64,000 nt of DNA, from positions 103,602,001 to 103,666,000 of the forward strand of contig OZ024741.1 in the NCBI GenBank assembly GCA_964016885.1, in the 5' to 3' direction. Positions 62,558 to 64,000 of the stretch are shown one piece after another (position 1 is the first letter of the stretch; each line of letters begins with the position of its first letter). The position numbers and the translations under genes were made by a program. The notes below the pieces were generated by a model that ran no database searches, was not told where the DNA came from, and was given only the letters and a program-made list of their open reading frames with translations. The DNA is from Eledone cirrhosa. Lineage: Eukaryota.

Positions 62558-62962
62558 AAAGTTCTATTTAAATTGTTGGGATACAACAAATAAATATTTT
62601 TATAACTGATATAAAGCACTCGACAAGTATTTGGAGTAGATATACGATATTAACAAATGGAAACTATATTTATAAAACCATATTTATTTCATTTATACAT
62701 ATTTCAAGGATACCAAGTTAAATTATGGTATGCCTTCATCAGACAAAATACAATATATACCGTTACTTTTGGAAGGCATCAGGATGCCTTCCAAAAGTAA
62801 CGGTCGCATTTTGAAAGGGTACGTCAATGTTTATTTATAAAACTGGTATATATTGTATTTTGTCTGATGAAGGCATACCATAATTTAACTTGGTATCCTT
62901 GAAATATGTATAATGAAATAAATATGGTTTTATAAATATAGTTTCCATTTGTTAATATCATA
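62554..62962. mobile_element. fold-back family C element with two opposed hammerheads, in (TA)n
   Basis: Arms ~62642-62761 and ~62845-62962, tail 62554-62641, nested hairpin 62758-62804. Confidence 0.85.
62856..62920 (+). ncRNA. type I minimal hammerhead ribozyme (family C); mirror copy at 62685-62750 on the minus strand
   Basis: tattttgt-CTGATGA-aggcatacca[taatttaact]tggtatcctt-GAAA-tatgta-TA-atgaaata. Confidence 0.75.
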
Positions 62963-63470
62963 TATATATATAAAGATTTAAGGTGAATTTATTATAGATA
63001 ATATAAGTATGTATACGTATATGTATACAAACGTACAGTAGTATGTATATTCTCACTCTTAGTACGGCTTATACTCAAATATAAGTATGTATACGTACAT
63101 ATATATATGTATACAGACGTACAGTCCTATGTATATACATATATACATGCACACATATATATATGTACGTATGGGTTTACCGAGCATTTATTATAATGCT
63201 CGGTTTGTTTGTAAACAAACAGCCCGAATTATTAGCCGTACAGTGTTTGGCAACCACCGTTGCCATTTTGTTCAACACTGACAAAGTATCAGCTGTACTA
63301 AGAGTGAGAAATGAAATTTCATTTTTCCATTTATTATAGATACTTTAACTTGTACATCGTAGAAGAATGTGGCTTCTTTAAGATCCTCTTCGGTAAACTT
63401 AATTACATATAAATGTGTGTGTGTAAGATGTTGTTTCTACATAGTGGTTTAAAGTCTGAAGCGTGCTCAA

Positions 63471-63572
<102 letters not shown>

Positions 63573-64000
63573 AGCTCCTTCGGTTGAGCACTCCTCAGCT
63601 TCATATCGGACCAAGGAAACAATGTTTCCGTTGGTCTTTCTAACGCTACACCAAACAAGGTGAGGTACAATTTTGAACTCAGAATTTGCAGACAATTGGC
63701 AGATGCTGGAAAGCATTCTGTTCCGCCAATCTGGACTGGTGGTTCTTCATTGACCGCAAAAACATGTAAGGCAAAGTTGTGTCAGATGGGATTTAAATTC
63801 CCATAGTTATACCTCAACACTCTCACACACACATATTTAAAAATAGCATATTACTAGTTAAGGAGTAGTGTGTGTTTACATATATATGTATATATATATT
63901 CAATGTGCTCTACCTTTCCTGGTAGGGTCTATACCGTAGTTAGAACTCAATGTAAACCGTAGGGATGTAGTTCAGTGGGATCCAGTGATTGGTTCCGTAT

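Overview
Eukaryotic (animal) DNA, extremely rich in microsatellites ((TA)n, (CA)n, (TACA)n, (GATA)n, (GGAT)n) and retroposon debris. The SINE families and repeat landscape suggest a cephalopod such as Octopus (inference). Almost all ORFs in the supplied track are microsatellite translations. The only host-gene signal is an 80-nt minus-strand first coding exon (56352-56273; signal peptide ending ...VSATW-W with a phase-2 GTAAGT donor), typical of Wnt genes; this would make most of the window one very large first intron. The interval holds a 5'-truncated but uninterrupted Penelope-like retroelement (RT + Cys linker + GIY-YIG), R4/Dong-like and CRE-like LINE fragments, SINEs, MITEs and a Helitron-like element. 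The most striking pattern is a set of at least six apparently distinct families of short asymmetric fold-back elements, mostly embedded in (TA)n. Several carry complete or partial minimal hammerhead-ribozyme motifs, and in two families the fold-back is centred on the ribozyme stem II. Different retroelement classes appear to partition the microsatellites: Penelope-like in (TA)n, R4/Dong-like in (TACA)n, and an unidentified family in (GATA)n. All motif calls were made by eye and coordinates of degenerate elements are approximate.
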